DNA of 64,000 bases from positions 77,872,001 through 77,936,000 of the forward strand of contig NC_043001.1 of the NCBI RefSeq assembly GCF_006345805.1, written 5' to 3'. The notes below the pieces were generated by a model. That model ran no database searches. It worked only from the letters and a program-made list of their open reading frames with translations, and had not been told where the DNA came from. Positions within the stretch are counted from its first letter, which is position 1. Each line of letters begins with the position of its first letter. This DNA is from Octopus sinensis. Lineage: Eukaryota. The translations under genes were made by a program, and so were the position numbers. Shown here one piece after another: positions 15,871 to 28,143 of this stretch.

Positions 15871-16289
15871 TAAATACATACGTTTGTATGCATGTGTCTA
15901 TTTTATTATGGATGTATAGTAATCCTAGATAGCCTCGATCAATAATTGAAATATATCTTACAATATTGTTCATTTTAATGTTTATATTAGATGTTCTGAA
16001 TCATTTTTTCTGCGTGGTGTACTGAAGATCAAATAAATTTATGACGCAATTAGGTATGGAAATGAAAAATATAAAAGAAAAAAACTGTAATGTTAAAATA
16101 TTTCTAAATGTTTTATTAATTTTATTTATTATGAGTAACACGTTTTTCTAGACAATCACACATGAATATATAATTCCAGAGCCTTGAAATCCATTTTTAC
16201 ATATTCACAACACACCGAGATACCTGGGTTTGGTTCTGTATTTGAATTGCCGATTTTGAAAACGAAAAAGTATATCGATATATCCCTAC

Positions 16290-16640
16290 ATGCTTCGCTG
16301 TGGCTGTGTAGTAAGAAGTTTGCTTCCTAACCACATGGTCCCGGGTTCAGTCTCGCCGTATGTGAACTTGGGGAGGTTTATTCTAGTCTAGCTTTGTGCC
16401 GACCAAAACTTTGTTCACTCGACTTGGTAGACGAAAATTCAAAGAAGCCCGTCGTATACATATGTAACGTGTCTGTGTGTTTGTGTCCGTCCGTGTTTGT
16501 CTCCCCTACACCGCTTGACAACCAGTGTTGGTGTGTTTGTGGCCCGCAATCTTGCGTTTCTGCATAATAGATCAAGAAAATAAATACCGAATTACCAAAC
16601 TACAAAAATAAAAATATTGGGTCGATTCGAGCGACCGTTA
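16290..16640 (+). mobile_element. tRNA-derived SINE
   Basis: GTGGCTGTGTAGTAAG A-box-like and GGTTCAGTCTC B-box-like motifs; collinear with 63335-63812. Confidence 0.7.
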
Positions 16641-16889
16641 ATTTTTCATTTAGTTATTTAATATGGAGAGAAGAAATAATTTTTGGAACCTTTACCTAAT
16701 AATAATAATCAGGCAAACGTATGGAATATTTCTAATATCTCTTAAATCTCCAATCGTCCGGATAATAAATAGATATAGATTGTTCAGTTCTATGTTTAAG
16801 AGATGAGGAATTATGTACATTATTCACATTTGACGAATATTTGTCCTCGTCTTGTTTGTTGCTAACACAACGTTTCGGCTCATATACCC

Positions 16890-17225
16890 TTCGAAGAAAA
16901 CTTTCATATAGGGTAGAAGGACTGTAGACAGTATTGGTTTCATCCTCTCTTTTCTTCATAATTGGAGTAGATAGTATGTTTTGCGGGGTAGTTGTTGCTT
17001 CATAGATTGTTACCGAGCTTGTTCATTATTTCGTGGTGGGTATCAGGATCGCTGCATCTGCTCGATGTTTTAGGCACTGAGCAATCCCTCTCTTTACACT
17101 GTATGGATGGTGGGAATTGAAGTTACGGTATCATCCACAAAAAAGGTCGACTTGCGGCATACGGATGTCCTGAATCCATACTCGGAGCGTGTATGCACGT
17201 ATTAAGGAAATATAGGTAAATATTA
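16890..17225 (-). pseudogene. Penelope-like RT C-terminal remnant
   Basis: LYFLNTCI, GFRTSVCRKST, YRNFNSHHPYSVKRGIAQCLKHRA, EIMNKLGNNL*SNNYP match the PLE pattern LPFLDV..GFxTSVYRKPT..LNFxSHHP..KxG...RA..L..NxYP. Confidence 0.75.
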
Positions 17226-17265
17226 GATTTATAAGCCCTAAAATATCATTCCATAACTACCCACG

Positions 17266-17340
17266 GGCATATGGTATAACGGTTAAGAGCCCGGGCTACT
17301 AAACCCAAGGTTCCGAGTTCGATTACAGGCAGTGACCTAA
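17266..17340 (+). promoter_or_regulatory. tRNA-like head with Pol III A and B boxes
   Basis: A-box TGGTATAACGG 17272-17282; anticodon-like arm GGG-CTACTAAA-CCC; B-box AGTTCGATTAC 17316-17326; resembles tRNA-Ile(AAT) by eye. Confidence 0.65.
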
Positions 17341-17396
17341 ATACTACTACTAATAATAATAATAACATCGAAAAATACCTTAGGAAATTTCCCCAA

Positions 17397-17442
17397 GACA
17401 TCTGATGAAGGTAGGAGGGTATATCAGCCGAAATGTTGTGTT
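17397..17442 (+). ncRNA. Minimal type I hammerhead motif (slightly decayed)
   Basis: Stem I GACAT/GTGTT; CTGATGA 17402-17408 plus an extra A; stem II GGTAG..CAGCC; GAAA 17430-17433; ATGTT. The sister copy at about 16865-16880 (minus) keeps GAAACGTT-GTGTT with palindromic ACGT. Confidence 0.65.
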
Positions 17443-18799
17443 AACAACAAACAAGATGAGGACAAATATCCGTCAAATGTAAATAATATAGATAATGTAA
17501 ATAAAGAAACAGATTGAGTTATATAAAAACCTGGCTTGTTATTTGCATTCATCTATTCTTTTATTCATTTATTCGTTTCAGTCATGCATCTGCGGTCATG
17601 TTGGAGCACCATAAGCATGCATATATGTCTCTATGTTATGTGTGTGCATTCTCTCGATTTCCTGTAATGAAGATCGCCTCATGGACTTAGCAGACAAACT
17701 GGTAATGGTTTTACTCCGGATGATGGTGAGAGATGTGCGCTGGAAGAACCCTCTCCAACACACGGGGCTCGCACTTGCGGGTAGCCCTCTCCTCCTTGAT
17801 ATCGATGAGCAGGGATATTGTCTGGGAGCCGGAAAATTTGATTAAAGATTAAAGTGTGGATGGATACCTGGGTGGTGTGGTATTCCTTCAGGTTGACCTG
17901 ATACTCCTTCGCAATGAGATGTCACAGCTTCAGTGCTCCGATACTACAGACATGTAAATAGAATGTTACAAGAATGAATCGCAGGAAAGATTCAAACCGA
18001 GCCCAGCGTCAGGTGAGCTAAGGGTGGACCAGAACGAGATGCACGTATGATACCTAAAGTCACTGTAAGCAACATTTGGGAATCCTGCAGTCAAATGCAA
18101 TGGTGGCTGTTTCTGTATGACACTATGGAGGAGATGTCAGTGAACTCTACTCTTTCGACTCTCCCAGTAAAAGTGGACGGGAAAGATGGATGGATGTGAG
18201 TAAGGAGAACGGTAATAAAGAACGTCTGCCAGACCAATTTTATCTTGTTGGGTTTGTTATGTTTGTTCTCTCTCCCTTCTTTCTGTCTGTCTCTGTCTTT
18301 TTCTTTTTTCTCTCTCTCTGTCTCTCGCTTTCTTTCTCTCTCTCCCCCTCTCTCTCTATCTCTCTGTCTTCTACTTTGAAGTTACTTCTTTTCGTTCAGT
18401 TGTTTCTTTGATTCTTAATTCTAATTTACAAAGTGACACCAGAGTTAAGAAGATCTAGTCAGTTATCTACACGTTTAACACCTAATCTTCTTTAAAACAA
18501 AAATATCAACTATGTTTGTGTAGTCCATACACGCGCGCCAACTCTGTATCCTCCCCTCGAATTTCTCTCACTGTTGTTTGCTGAATTTACGGTGGAAGGA
18601 ATAAAAATAAAAATGAAATTAAGTACAAGTGCACGAATGAAATGCCAATATGAACAAAGGCAACACCAGCAAGTGTAGCTCATTAACAACATGAATAAGA
18701 TCATTAATGAAACTAAAGATTGAAACAACAACAAGAACGTTAGAAACAGCATCAACGTGAACATTAATGACTGTATCCGACATCAACAACATTAGGAGC

Positions 18800-19127
18800 A
18801 CTCCGTCGGTTGCGACGACGTGGGTCCCAGCTGATAGGATCAATGGATCAGCTTGCTCGTGAAATTAACGTGCAAGTGGCTGAGCACTCCACAAACACGT
18901 ATGTACGTGTGTCCTTAACGTAGTTCTCGGGGAGATTCAGCGTGACACAGTGTGTGACAAGGCTGGCCCTTTGAAATACAGGTACTACTCATTTTTGCCA
19001 GCTGAGTGGACTGGAGAAACGTGAAATAAGGTGTCTTGCTCAAGGACACAACACGCTGCCGGGAATTCAACTCACGACCTTAAGATGATGAGCCGAATGC
19101 CCCTAACCACTAAGCCACGCGTCTTCA
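18800..19127 (-). mobile_element. tRNA-derived SINE, second family (GTGTCCTTGAGCAAGACAC core)
   Basis: Head GTGGCTTAGTGGTTAGG...GAGTTGAATTCCC on the minus strand; second copy at 55480-55760. Confidence 0.7.
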
Positions 19128-19139
19128 CTCAACATTAAC

Positions 19140-19725
19140 ACACAGGATATTAACATAATCCGCAAATTTTGGCACAAGGCCAGCAATTTCGGAGGAGTAA
19201 GTAAATCGATTATATTGATCCCAGCGTTCAACTGTTGCTTATTTTATTGACCCCCGTAAGGATAAAAGGCAAAGTCAACGACTACGACATTTAAGCTCAG
19301 AACGTAAAATCGGAAGAAATGCGGCTAAGTATTTTTTCCGGCATCTCGCCGCCTTCAACAATATTAATATTAGTTACTTCACTAGTGCAGTGCGCTGGTG
19401 AAATCGCTAACATGTCGGAGAAAATGTTTAGCAACATGCGTCCGTCTTTACGTTCTGAGTTCAAATTCTGCCGAGGTCGACTTTGCTTTTCATGTTTTCA
19501 GGGTCGATAAATAAGTACCAGTTGAATACTGGGGTCTCTGTACTCAACTTACCCTTGAAATTGCTGGCCTTGTACCAAAATTTGAAATCAATACTAGCAT
19601 TTACATTAGGCCAGTGAGTTGGAAGAATCGTTAGCCTGCCGGAGAAAATGCTTAGTCGCATTTCATCCGTCTTTATGTTCTGAGTTCAAATTCCGTTCGG
19701 TTCGACTTTGCCTTTCAACCTTTGC
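19140..19725. mobile_element. Cluster of three SINE fragments in mixed orientation
   Basis: Repeated GAGTTCAAATTC..CGAGGTCGACTTTGC core; minus copy 19140-19330, plus copies 19370-19600 and 19600-19725. Confidence 0.65.
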
Positions 19726-19989
19726 ATGCATTTGTCATTCATGATCTTTTGAAATATCTTAATGCAAAACTACAATACTTTGAGAACATTTGCAGCGCAT
19801 GTAAGCACCTGTTTCTATCAAAGCTATAAACATAAATCGGGCAATCCTTTTATACAGTATAGTACAATTCACGGTCTCGGTTGAAGAAGTTGCATAAAAT
19901 TCTGCTTAGAAAAATACAGGAGCACAACACTGAAAACATGAAACTTAATAAAGCCATTAATATTACGTTAGATAATGCTACAGAGTTAA

Positions 19990-20760
19990 GAGAATTAGTC
20001 GAAATACATTGAAATTAATGAAATAGAGAACAACATACAAAGATGAAAAAGAACGGAATATTATCCTCAGATACGAATGATGTCGAGGAATGAGATAGAT
20101 ACCTATAACTGAGCTAAATGAAAGAAAACATTAAGAGCAGAAATAAGATAATAGGTTTCAATATATAAGCTGTGCCAATAATTAGGTGCTGTTATAATAT
20201 TCTCAATTGGAAGCTAAATGAATTAGTAAGAATATACGGTGAAGCAAGAACTACAACAAAGGCATTTAGAATACTGCGGACAAAATTTGAGAATGAGAGA
20301 GTATATATTGCACCAATACAGGACTTTTTATGTACAGAGAACTGTTGTAAAGTATTCACGGTAGGCCTACGACAAGCTCTCTTAAAAGCTTCAAAGAGTT
20401 ACAAACGTGGACGGGAACAAAGAACTGCTTTATTTACAAGGAAGAAGAGAAATATATAAAACCGTGGTTGAGGAGAAGAGTCACGTGTCTAATGGAAACT
20501 ACTAAATGTACTGAAAATGAGACAACAGAAGATCGTGATAAATTGTCGTTCAGCTAAGCAACACGTGGTCAATACCGAACAAGGGAAGGCACGGTAGAAG
20601 TGTATGATAAAAAAACGTTCAGCACCGTTTGAAATCCAATGTCTTCTCAGTAGAGGACATCTTGAACAAAGTCGGATACATTTTGTAAAGATCGAACATG
20701 TAATGCTTGTGATAAAATTAATAATACTGTTTCTGTCTGTTCTGTTTAGCTGAAAGAATA
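19990..20760 (+). pseudogene. Decayed R4/Dong-clade fragment: RT C-terminus to zinc finger
   Basis: SRNKIIGFNI*AVPIIRCCYNILNWKLNELVRI...ERVYI resembles NKIxAINTxAVPVxxYSFGIxxWxxxEL...DRLY; later DRTCNACDKINNTVSVCSV is a CCHC remnant. Confidence 0.6.
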
Positions 20761-20860
20761 TACATACATACATACATACATACATACATACATACATACA
20801 TACATACATACATACATACATACATGCATACATACATGCATGCATACATACATACACATG

Positions 20861-20891
<31 letters not shown>

Positions 20892-21184
20892 ATACGTTTG
20901 TGTGTGTGTGTGTGTGTATACGTTTGTGTGTGTGTGTGCGTGCGTGCGTGACTGTATGTGTGTATGCGTTTGTGTTGGTTTTGTGTATATCAAGTTCACA
21001 CACATTCGCATACACACACACTCACACACACATACACATGTACAGGCGTGGCTGCCTGGTAAGTAGTCTGCTTCACGACTACATGGTTCTGGGTTCAACC
21101 TCACTTAGGCTGACCAGAAACTTCTGGGTGGATTTGGTAGACGGCATCTGAAAGAAGCCCGTGGTATGTATGTATGTATGTATG

Positions 21185-21218
<34 letters not shown>

Positions 21219-21577
21219 TAAATGTATGTATGTGTCTTATGTCTGTGATAACACGCACATACGGGTTCACAAGCGGTCTGCTTTACCATCCACACGGGTT
21301 CACAATCAGTCTATGTAACCTCCACAGGGATTCACATCCGGTAGTGGTTTATTTACGTTCCTGTAACGTTAGCGATTCAGCAAAAATGTCCGATAGAATA
21401 AGAACCACATTTTAAAAAGTGATACTGGGATTTATGTGTTTAATTACAACCGTTTACGACGGTGCCCCAGCATGACCACACTCTAATGACGGAAAGAAAC
21501 AGCATTAGAGCTGTTGGATTGGGAATTATACCAGGATTGTAAAAAGATTAAAAGAAATTTTTTAATGTACAAGTATA

Positions 21578-22397
21578 CGAGGTCTGATCAATAAGTATCC
21601 GGACTGTTGCCATAGTAACGAAGTTAAAGCGTACAGAATAAAGCTGTTTACAGATGTACTTCGAAGGAAGGTATATAGCGTGTGATCGACGCATTGAAAA
21701 TGACAGAGGAAATTTTCATGACGATACCTGCTAACAGGCCAACGCAGAGTTGCAGAAAGTTATGGATAGGAGTGTATGAGCCTCACACAAGTATACGAGT
21801 GGTCCAGATGTTTACAGGATGGCCGAAAAATATCGATATTGACGAGTGATCTGAAAGACCTGCAGCCAGCAGAACTGACAAAAACATCACACATGAGTGT
21901 GCAACTGTGAGGGGAAATCGTCGAATCGCCGTCCGTGAGTTATCAGAGGATGTGCAGATCAGTTACGGTTCAGTTCAGTCCATTATTATTGAAAATTTGG
22001 GCATGAGACGCTTGTCCGCCAAGTTTGATTCAAAACTGCTTTCAGTTGACCAAAAAGCCACTCTTATTTCAGTTGCACAAGATCTCTTTGATTGTGTCGA
22101 GAACGAGGAAAAGTTTTTGAAAACTTTGCGTAGGCCTCTGAGCTGATATCATCAAGCTTTTGCCAAAATGTGATGCAGATTATCTCTCAGCTTTCTCTGA
22201 CATGGCCAATGCGGCGATCACATGCTACACACCTTCCTTCCAAGCTCTGTTGTAAACAGAGGAAGTGAGCTAGAACGTTAAAACTTAGTGCACATGCACA
22301 AAAAGTTTTGCGGTCAATCCGTGTCCAGCAGCTTTGGTCTGCATGCTTTAGCTTCGTTACTATGGCCAAAGTTCGGATACTTATTGATCAGACCACG
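21578..22397 (+). mobile_element. Non-autonomous mariner derivative built from two inverted 5' ends
   Basis: TIR CG(A/T)GGTCTGATCAATAAGTATCC at both ends with TA flanks; HTH remnant NRRIAVRELSEDVQISYGSVQSII..LGMRRLSAKF. Confidence 0.85.
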
Positions 22398-22479
22398 TAT
22401 ACTGCAAAATGTATTTTTTGAGAATGACAAAAATAAACATACATTAGGACATGCCAATTCGTAGAGACTTAGAGATTAA

Positions 22480-22660
22480 GGGATACTTTTTAGATATTAC
22501 CAACAAAGAGCATTAGGGAATTAGACGTCCTCTGATACATGACAAATCCAAAGGGGGACACAATATGTCTCAATGGAATAAAGAAACTGGCCGAATATGA
22601 AGGCTTGGCATTAAAAATACGCAGAATTGGGATTTTAAGAATGTCTAAAATGACAGATGC
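22480..22660 (+). pseudogene. Possible R4/Dong restriction-like endonuclease remnant, continuing 19990-20760
   Basis: KKLAEYEGLALKIRRI resembles EKLxKYxDLxxEIxRMW; order relative to the upstream fragment fits. Confidence 0.35.
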
Positions 22661-23042
22661 GTCGTAGATTATCGAATTCGAAATGTAATCAGATACATTA
22701 CCAAATTACCGTATACTGCATACCTTGACTTTAAAAAATAGCACTGTTAGATATTACACAAATAACACGATGAATATATTTTTTTATATATGAAATTACG
22801 AGACGTTCTTAAGCAACACAGTACTATTCATATCTATGCATCAGTGAATGCAGGTAATTACACACGGTTATTGACAGGATAATAACAAACTTCTAAATTA
22901 TAAATATTTCTCTATGATTGAAGTTACGTATATTCTTTTACGTCAATGATGATTATGATGATGTTGATGTTGAAACATTCTTCAATAATAAAATAATTTG
23001 CAAACCGTTTAATATCATTCTTAATATTCCACTAACACCACC

Positions 23043-23043
23043 T

Positions 23044-23106
<63 letters not shown>

Positions 23107-23216
23107 TACTACTACAACTACTACTACCAATAATAATAATAATAATAATAATAATATTAATAATAATAATGATAATAACAACAACAACAACAACAACAAT
23201 AATAATAATAATGATT

Positions 23217-23248
<32 letters not shown>

Positions 23249-23250
23249 AT
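23043..23250. repeat. Compound (CTA)n(TAA)n(CAA)n(TGA)n trinucleotide repeat
   Basis: Direct. Confidence 0.95.
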
Positions 23251-23254
23251 GACA

Positions 23255-23850
23255 ATAGAAAAGACAGTTCAGGCAAAACAGATTACTTGAAGTAAATCAG
23301 AAGAAACTGTTTCAGGAACTAGATGTGCAAATACACATAATGATACCAGATGCAGAGGAAAGCAAGGCTTTCTGGAGAGGGATCTGGGACCAACGTGTAG
23401 AACATTATGAGGAAACATAGTCTGTGGTTGCATGAAATCCAAGATAAGTTAAGAACTACAGAATTCCAAGAAGACATAAAGATAGCTACAGAAATGATAA
23501 ATATGCAGTTATGCAAATTCCCGAAAAGGAAAAGCCCAGGATCGGAGGGGGTCGAAGGGTATTGGATGAAGAAGCTGAGAGGGCTTCATGAAAGGATAGC
23601 ACAACAGCAATATGAGTGCTTGTTGGACGGCTCAGTGCCCATCTGGATGACAAAGGGAAAGACATTGTTTTGTGCCAAGGATTCTGAAGAAGGAATGTCG
23701 CATCCAACTTTAGACCAATAACCTGACTTATGCTCATGAGAGGTGAAGTGTACAGATACTTGGACAGAAAAAAGTGGGTTGCTACCCATTGAACAGAAAA
23801 GGTGCCGATAAAAGGAGCCGAGGAAAGAAGTATCCGTTCTTAATTGATAA
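23255..23850 (+). pseudogene. R4/Dong-clade RT N-terminal fragment
   Basis: PDAEESKAFWRGIW, KSPGSEGVEGYWMKKLRGLHERIA, VPIWMTKGKTL, LLPIEQK, RSRG..LID match the R4/Dong RT start. Confidence 0.75.
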
Positions 23851-23869
23851 TATCATTCTAAATATTCCA

Positions 23870-24072
23870 CTAAAGGTACAAGGCCTGGAATTCTGGGGAG
23901 TGGTATAGTTGATCACAACAATCTCAGTACTTGACTGGTATTTAATTTATCGACCCCGAAATAAGGAAAGGCAAAGTCGACCGTGGCAGAACTTGAAATC
24001 AGAACATGTAGACAGACGAAATGCCGCTAAAATTTTGCCCGGCGTGCTAACGATTCCGTTGGCTCACCGCCT
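23870..24072 (-). mobile_element. tRNA-derived SINE
   Basis: Same head and core as 9875-10105. Confidence 0.7.
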
Positions 24073-24105
24073 TAATATTAATGATGTTAACAACAACAAT
24101 AACAA

Positions 24106-24221
<116 letters not shown>

Positions 24222-24250
24222 ATAATAATAATAATAATAATAATAATATA

Positions 24251-24701
24251 GTATAAATGATGGGCTACAGCATATATTCTGCTCAATGCGACAGATTTCC
24301 TTGTCAGTTGCTTGACCTTAACCATTTGAAGATGTCCCTTAATGGCAGGTGATATGTTCGAGCAGAACTAGTAGGGCATCATCATAGCCATGTGTTGAGT
24401 GGACTTTTTTGGTGTTTGGATAATTCACATTTAGAAACAGTGGTGTTTCTTTCAACATCCTTAAACAACCCTTATTCAGAGACCTTTTGAGCGGGATGTG
24501 CTACTCGACATGAAGAAGATTCTAACTGGACCCCATCTGCAAGGTCATGCGCTGTTTATCTTGATATAAGATCACCATGTCGCGCACATATGGTTGTGAT
24601 GAATATGCCTGGTGTACCTTATCAGACGGGTAGTCATGATGGGTATACTGGGCTTCGTATATTTTACCCCAGTGTCACTTTGATACTGCTCTCTCACTGA
24701 A
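24251..24701 (+). mobile_element. 5'-truncated copy of the ~560-bp (TAA)n-associated element
   Basis: Reverse-complement match to 28144-28570 and 41054-41612; starts right after (TAC)n(TAA)n. Confidence 0.8.
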
Positions 24702-25543
24702 TAGTGTTTTATTTCCTTTGTTTTTAAGTGAACACTTGAGGTTACTTTCCAATGACATGCCCTGGACATGAAAAGCTTAACTCGGTATTGATTAGACAAA
24801 GCATAAACGAAAATATAATAAAAGTAAAGCAATACAAAGACGCGGAAAAATGTATAGAAAATGTACGAAATAGGACGTTCCAATAGCAGGGTAACTACTT
24901 AGGTTTAATGAGGATAATGAAACACTCCTGTCGGTCTCGGTTTACGTTGACTAATAAAGGCAAGAGCCATGTCCCAGATGTTCTCCGTCGCCCAAAACAT
25001 ATGCTGAGAGTAGAATTATAAATACGTTTATCAACCATTCAACAAGTTCTGAGAAAAGCAACGATTTTTCATACTTGTTTAGTTTTCCAAGTTCAATTTG
25101 AAAAACTTTGCTGGGGGCTTCATCGAAGATGAGTATGTTTATTTTGTTAATCAATTCAAGTTTGTCCATCCAACATACATTTTCTTTATAACATTCAAAG
25201 TGAAACTTCGTGTCATTTTAATGAAGTTCGCATGGTTAAATCTCCAGCCCAGTCGCTTTGCGTAATGTCTTAACACATCTGCTGTAATCACTTTTGTAAC
25301 AAGCAGCAACGTTGGCCGAAACTCACGTTACACTGTCTAGCTAAGAACTGCACTCTACCGTCTACATTTATTGCGCCATATAAGCATGTTTAATGAAATA
25401 CTACCAAAAAAATCATACACGTCTGTTTTGGATCGGATATTTATTATTCTTGTTCCACTGCAGTTACTCAAAATGTAATGTTTAGGTTTTGGTTCCATGC
25501 TAAGCCTCCTCAATTTTACACCTTTCATTCTCTGTTATTGCAG

Positions 25544-25622
25544 GGAACGGGAAAATAGCACGAAAATCATTCGTCTTCATATCGAAGAGCTGGAGAACGG
25601 TCATTCCCGCAGCAAATGCATC
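25544..25622 (+). CDS. Candidate 79-nt internal host exon, product unidentified
   Basis: Long polypyrimidine tract ending TTGCAG, donor ATC|GTGAGT; open as (R)ERENSTKIIRLHIEELENGHSRSKCI (phase 2 to 0), with a second frame also open; higher GC than flanks. Confidence 0.5.
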
Positions 25623-27262
25623 GTGAGTTATATTTTTTCAATCCTGTTGACTAGCTCCTACTCTGCTACACTATTATATATTTTGGCGAAACCAACAGAT
25701 TCTGCTCCATTTGTTTTTGCTTTCTTTAGTAAAATCTCTATTTTCTCTAATAACTACATCATTTGTTTCAAACTTAACCAATTCAGTAGTCCGGGCCTTC
25801 TAAATTTTCTTTAAGAAAAACACATTAATTTCAGGTACTTGGGATCTTCTTTATTAATCTTGATTAAGATAACCATCTAGATAACCAATTTGCGGTCGAA
25901 GGTAGTCGCTCCTATCTGTAAATCACATTATAACCCCCTTATAACTCAGACTAACCACGACATTGGTAATTAGCTTCTTTTTGTGCAATAATAATAACCA
26001 TTACTGTTCACTTATGAATATCAATGAGGATTAGTATCTTTATAGTCTTGATTGATTGATTTACATAATGTGGGTTGTTAAGTTAAATACATTCCCCATG
26101 TAATCACCACCATCAACTTCACCATCACAACATTTGCCGTATACACATGTTACCATCGTAGGCGCCAACAAATGCATATTAGAACCTATACCACTATCAC
26201 CGACACCAGTTCCATTACTACAATCATAATGCTACCAACTTTTCCATTCTCAATGTCAGGAATCGGCAGAACGGTAAATATTGAATCCTGGGTCCATGAG
26301 GCTATGCAAAGAGGATAAAAACATGATCGTTGGGGGTGTTTGATCATTAAGGGTGTTGAGCTATGAGCGAACTGAATCTTAAAGTGCAGACATTTGACCA
26401 AAACACACTACTTTCAAGCCAAATATCAATGCCATAACTAGCACTCACCAGACACATAATTCACATTAACTATTCTAAATCAATATAATATCATTGAATT
26501 TTGTATTATACTTTATTAAATTCGTTCTGTATTTTCATTAAATTTCTTTAAAGTATTCCTTACTAAATTGTTGTAATGATGCAAAGAACGAAGAAATTAT
26601 TGTTTGTAAATCAAGAATATTGTTTATCAATTATACTTCTTAATTTCATTCTAGAAATATATATGATGTAGATCAATGATATTAGAAGTTTGCCGATCCT
26701 TGATCAACGTCCTCATCATCAGCACCACATCAGCACCAGCACTACCGATGCTTTCACTGTTGCCAGTATCACCATTAACGTCATCATCACTATCAATGCA
26801 TTCAGCAGTAATCAAAATCATAGCATGTACCAGCGATCATTATCTTCACCAATACCCAACTACTGCGAATACCAATCACATAACACTACTGCAACAACAT
26901 TCACACCAACATCATTATCACAAATCCATTACAAACACCATAATCATCAACCAGCCATACCAATACAGACATCAACACACCAAGCAAAGACGTTAAAGCC
27001 ATTAGCAAAAGCGGCACTTCCGGTAAATAAGTTAACTGTTTATGATCAAGTGTCACGTGTTAACGAGGTGAGAGAAATTTCACATAGCAGCTGAGGAAAA
27101 AAAATTGCTTTTAGCATAAGCTTCCTCAATCTTACTCTCTCTCCAATTAGCAGACTTCAAATTCTTGTATTTAAGATACCATGTCACACACTTCAGCTTT
27201 TGTCCGTCCGCAATATAAGTCCGTCCCCTTCCGCTATTTCCATTCTTCCTTCTTACACACTC

Positions 27263-27301
<39 letters not shown>

Positions 27302-27302
27302 T

Positions 27303-27334
<32 letters not shown>

Positions 27335-27648
27335 ATACATATGTGTATATATGTATGTGTCTGTACACACACACACACACACACACACACACCACACACA
27401 CACACACACACAGATATATATATATATATATATGATATATATGTTTGCTAGGTTTTCTGACATTCAATGTACGATTGTAGCTTGTTATTTGCTTCTTGAT
27501 GCCATGTATATATTTCAATGGTGTCTCCTATGATGCATGTATATTGGTAATAAATATGGGGCAGCTCTATATATACATGAGTGTATATCGTATAAAAATG
27601 CATAGCTGCACATGTGCATGTATGTAAGTACATGTTTAAAAGTACATG

Positions 27649-27679
<31 letters not shown>

Positions 27680-28062
27680 ATGTGTATGCTTCTACTTCGT
27701 GGTTAGTCAGATGAAATAAATTCACAGATAATCATATAAACTGATTCAGAAATATAAGCACATACGAATCAATGTATATGCATGTATATGCATTTATATA
27801 AGTACACGTATGCATAAATACATACATACACACAGACATTCACATATATAAACATATTTTACACAGGCGCACACATACACACATACGTATACCTATTTAT
27901 ACAATGTAACAAGTAAATGAGAATGCAAGAATTTTGTATATTTAATGTGATTGACGGTGTTTACCTGAGCTATAAACAGCTTAATTGATTGGCTGGGTCT
28001 AGTAGAGGTAGTATGCTTAGAGGACACTGTTTGCTTATTAGTTAGTAAAGGCCATACTATTC

Positions 28063-28106
<44 letters not shown>

Positions 28107-28143
28107 GTTAATATTATTATTATTATTGTTATTATTATTATTA

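Larger units (their letters stand above)
16785..17495 (-). mobile_element. 5'-truncated, internally deleted Penelope-like insertion with an inverted pLTR
   Basis: Minus strand: RT remnant joined to a pLTR tail plus extension; a plus-strand inverted copy (about 17416-17488, matching about 16818-16890) lacks the extension. Confidence 0.7.

Noticed and set aside
17640-18215. GC-elevated segment as host exon
   Set aside because: Stops in all frames; faint RTE-like traces only, so left unannotated.
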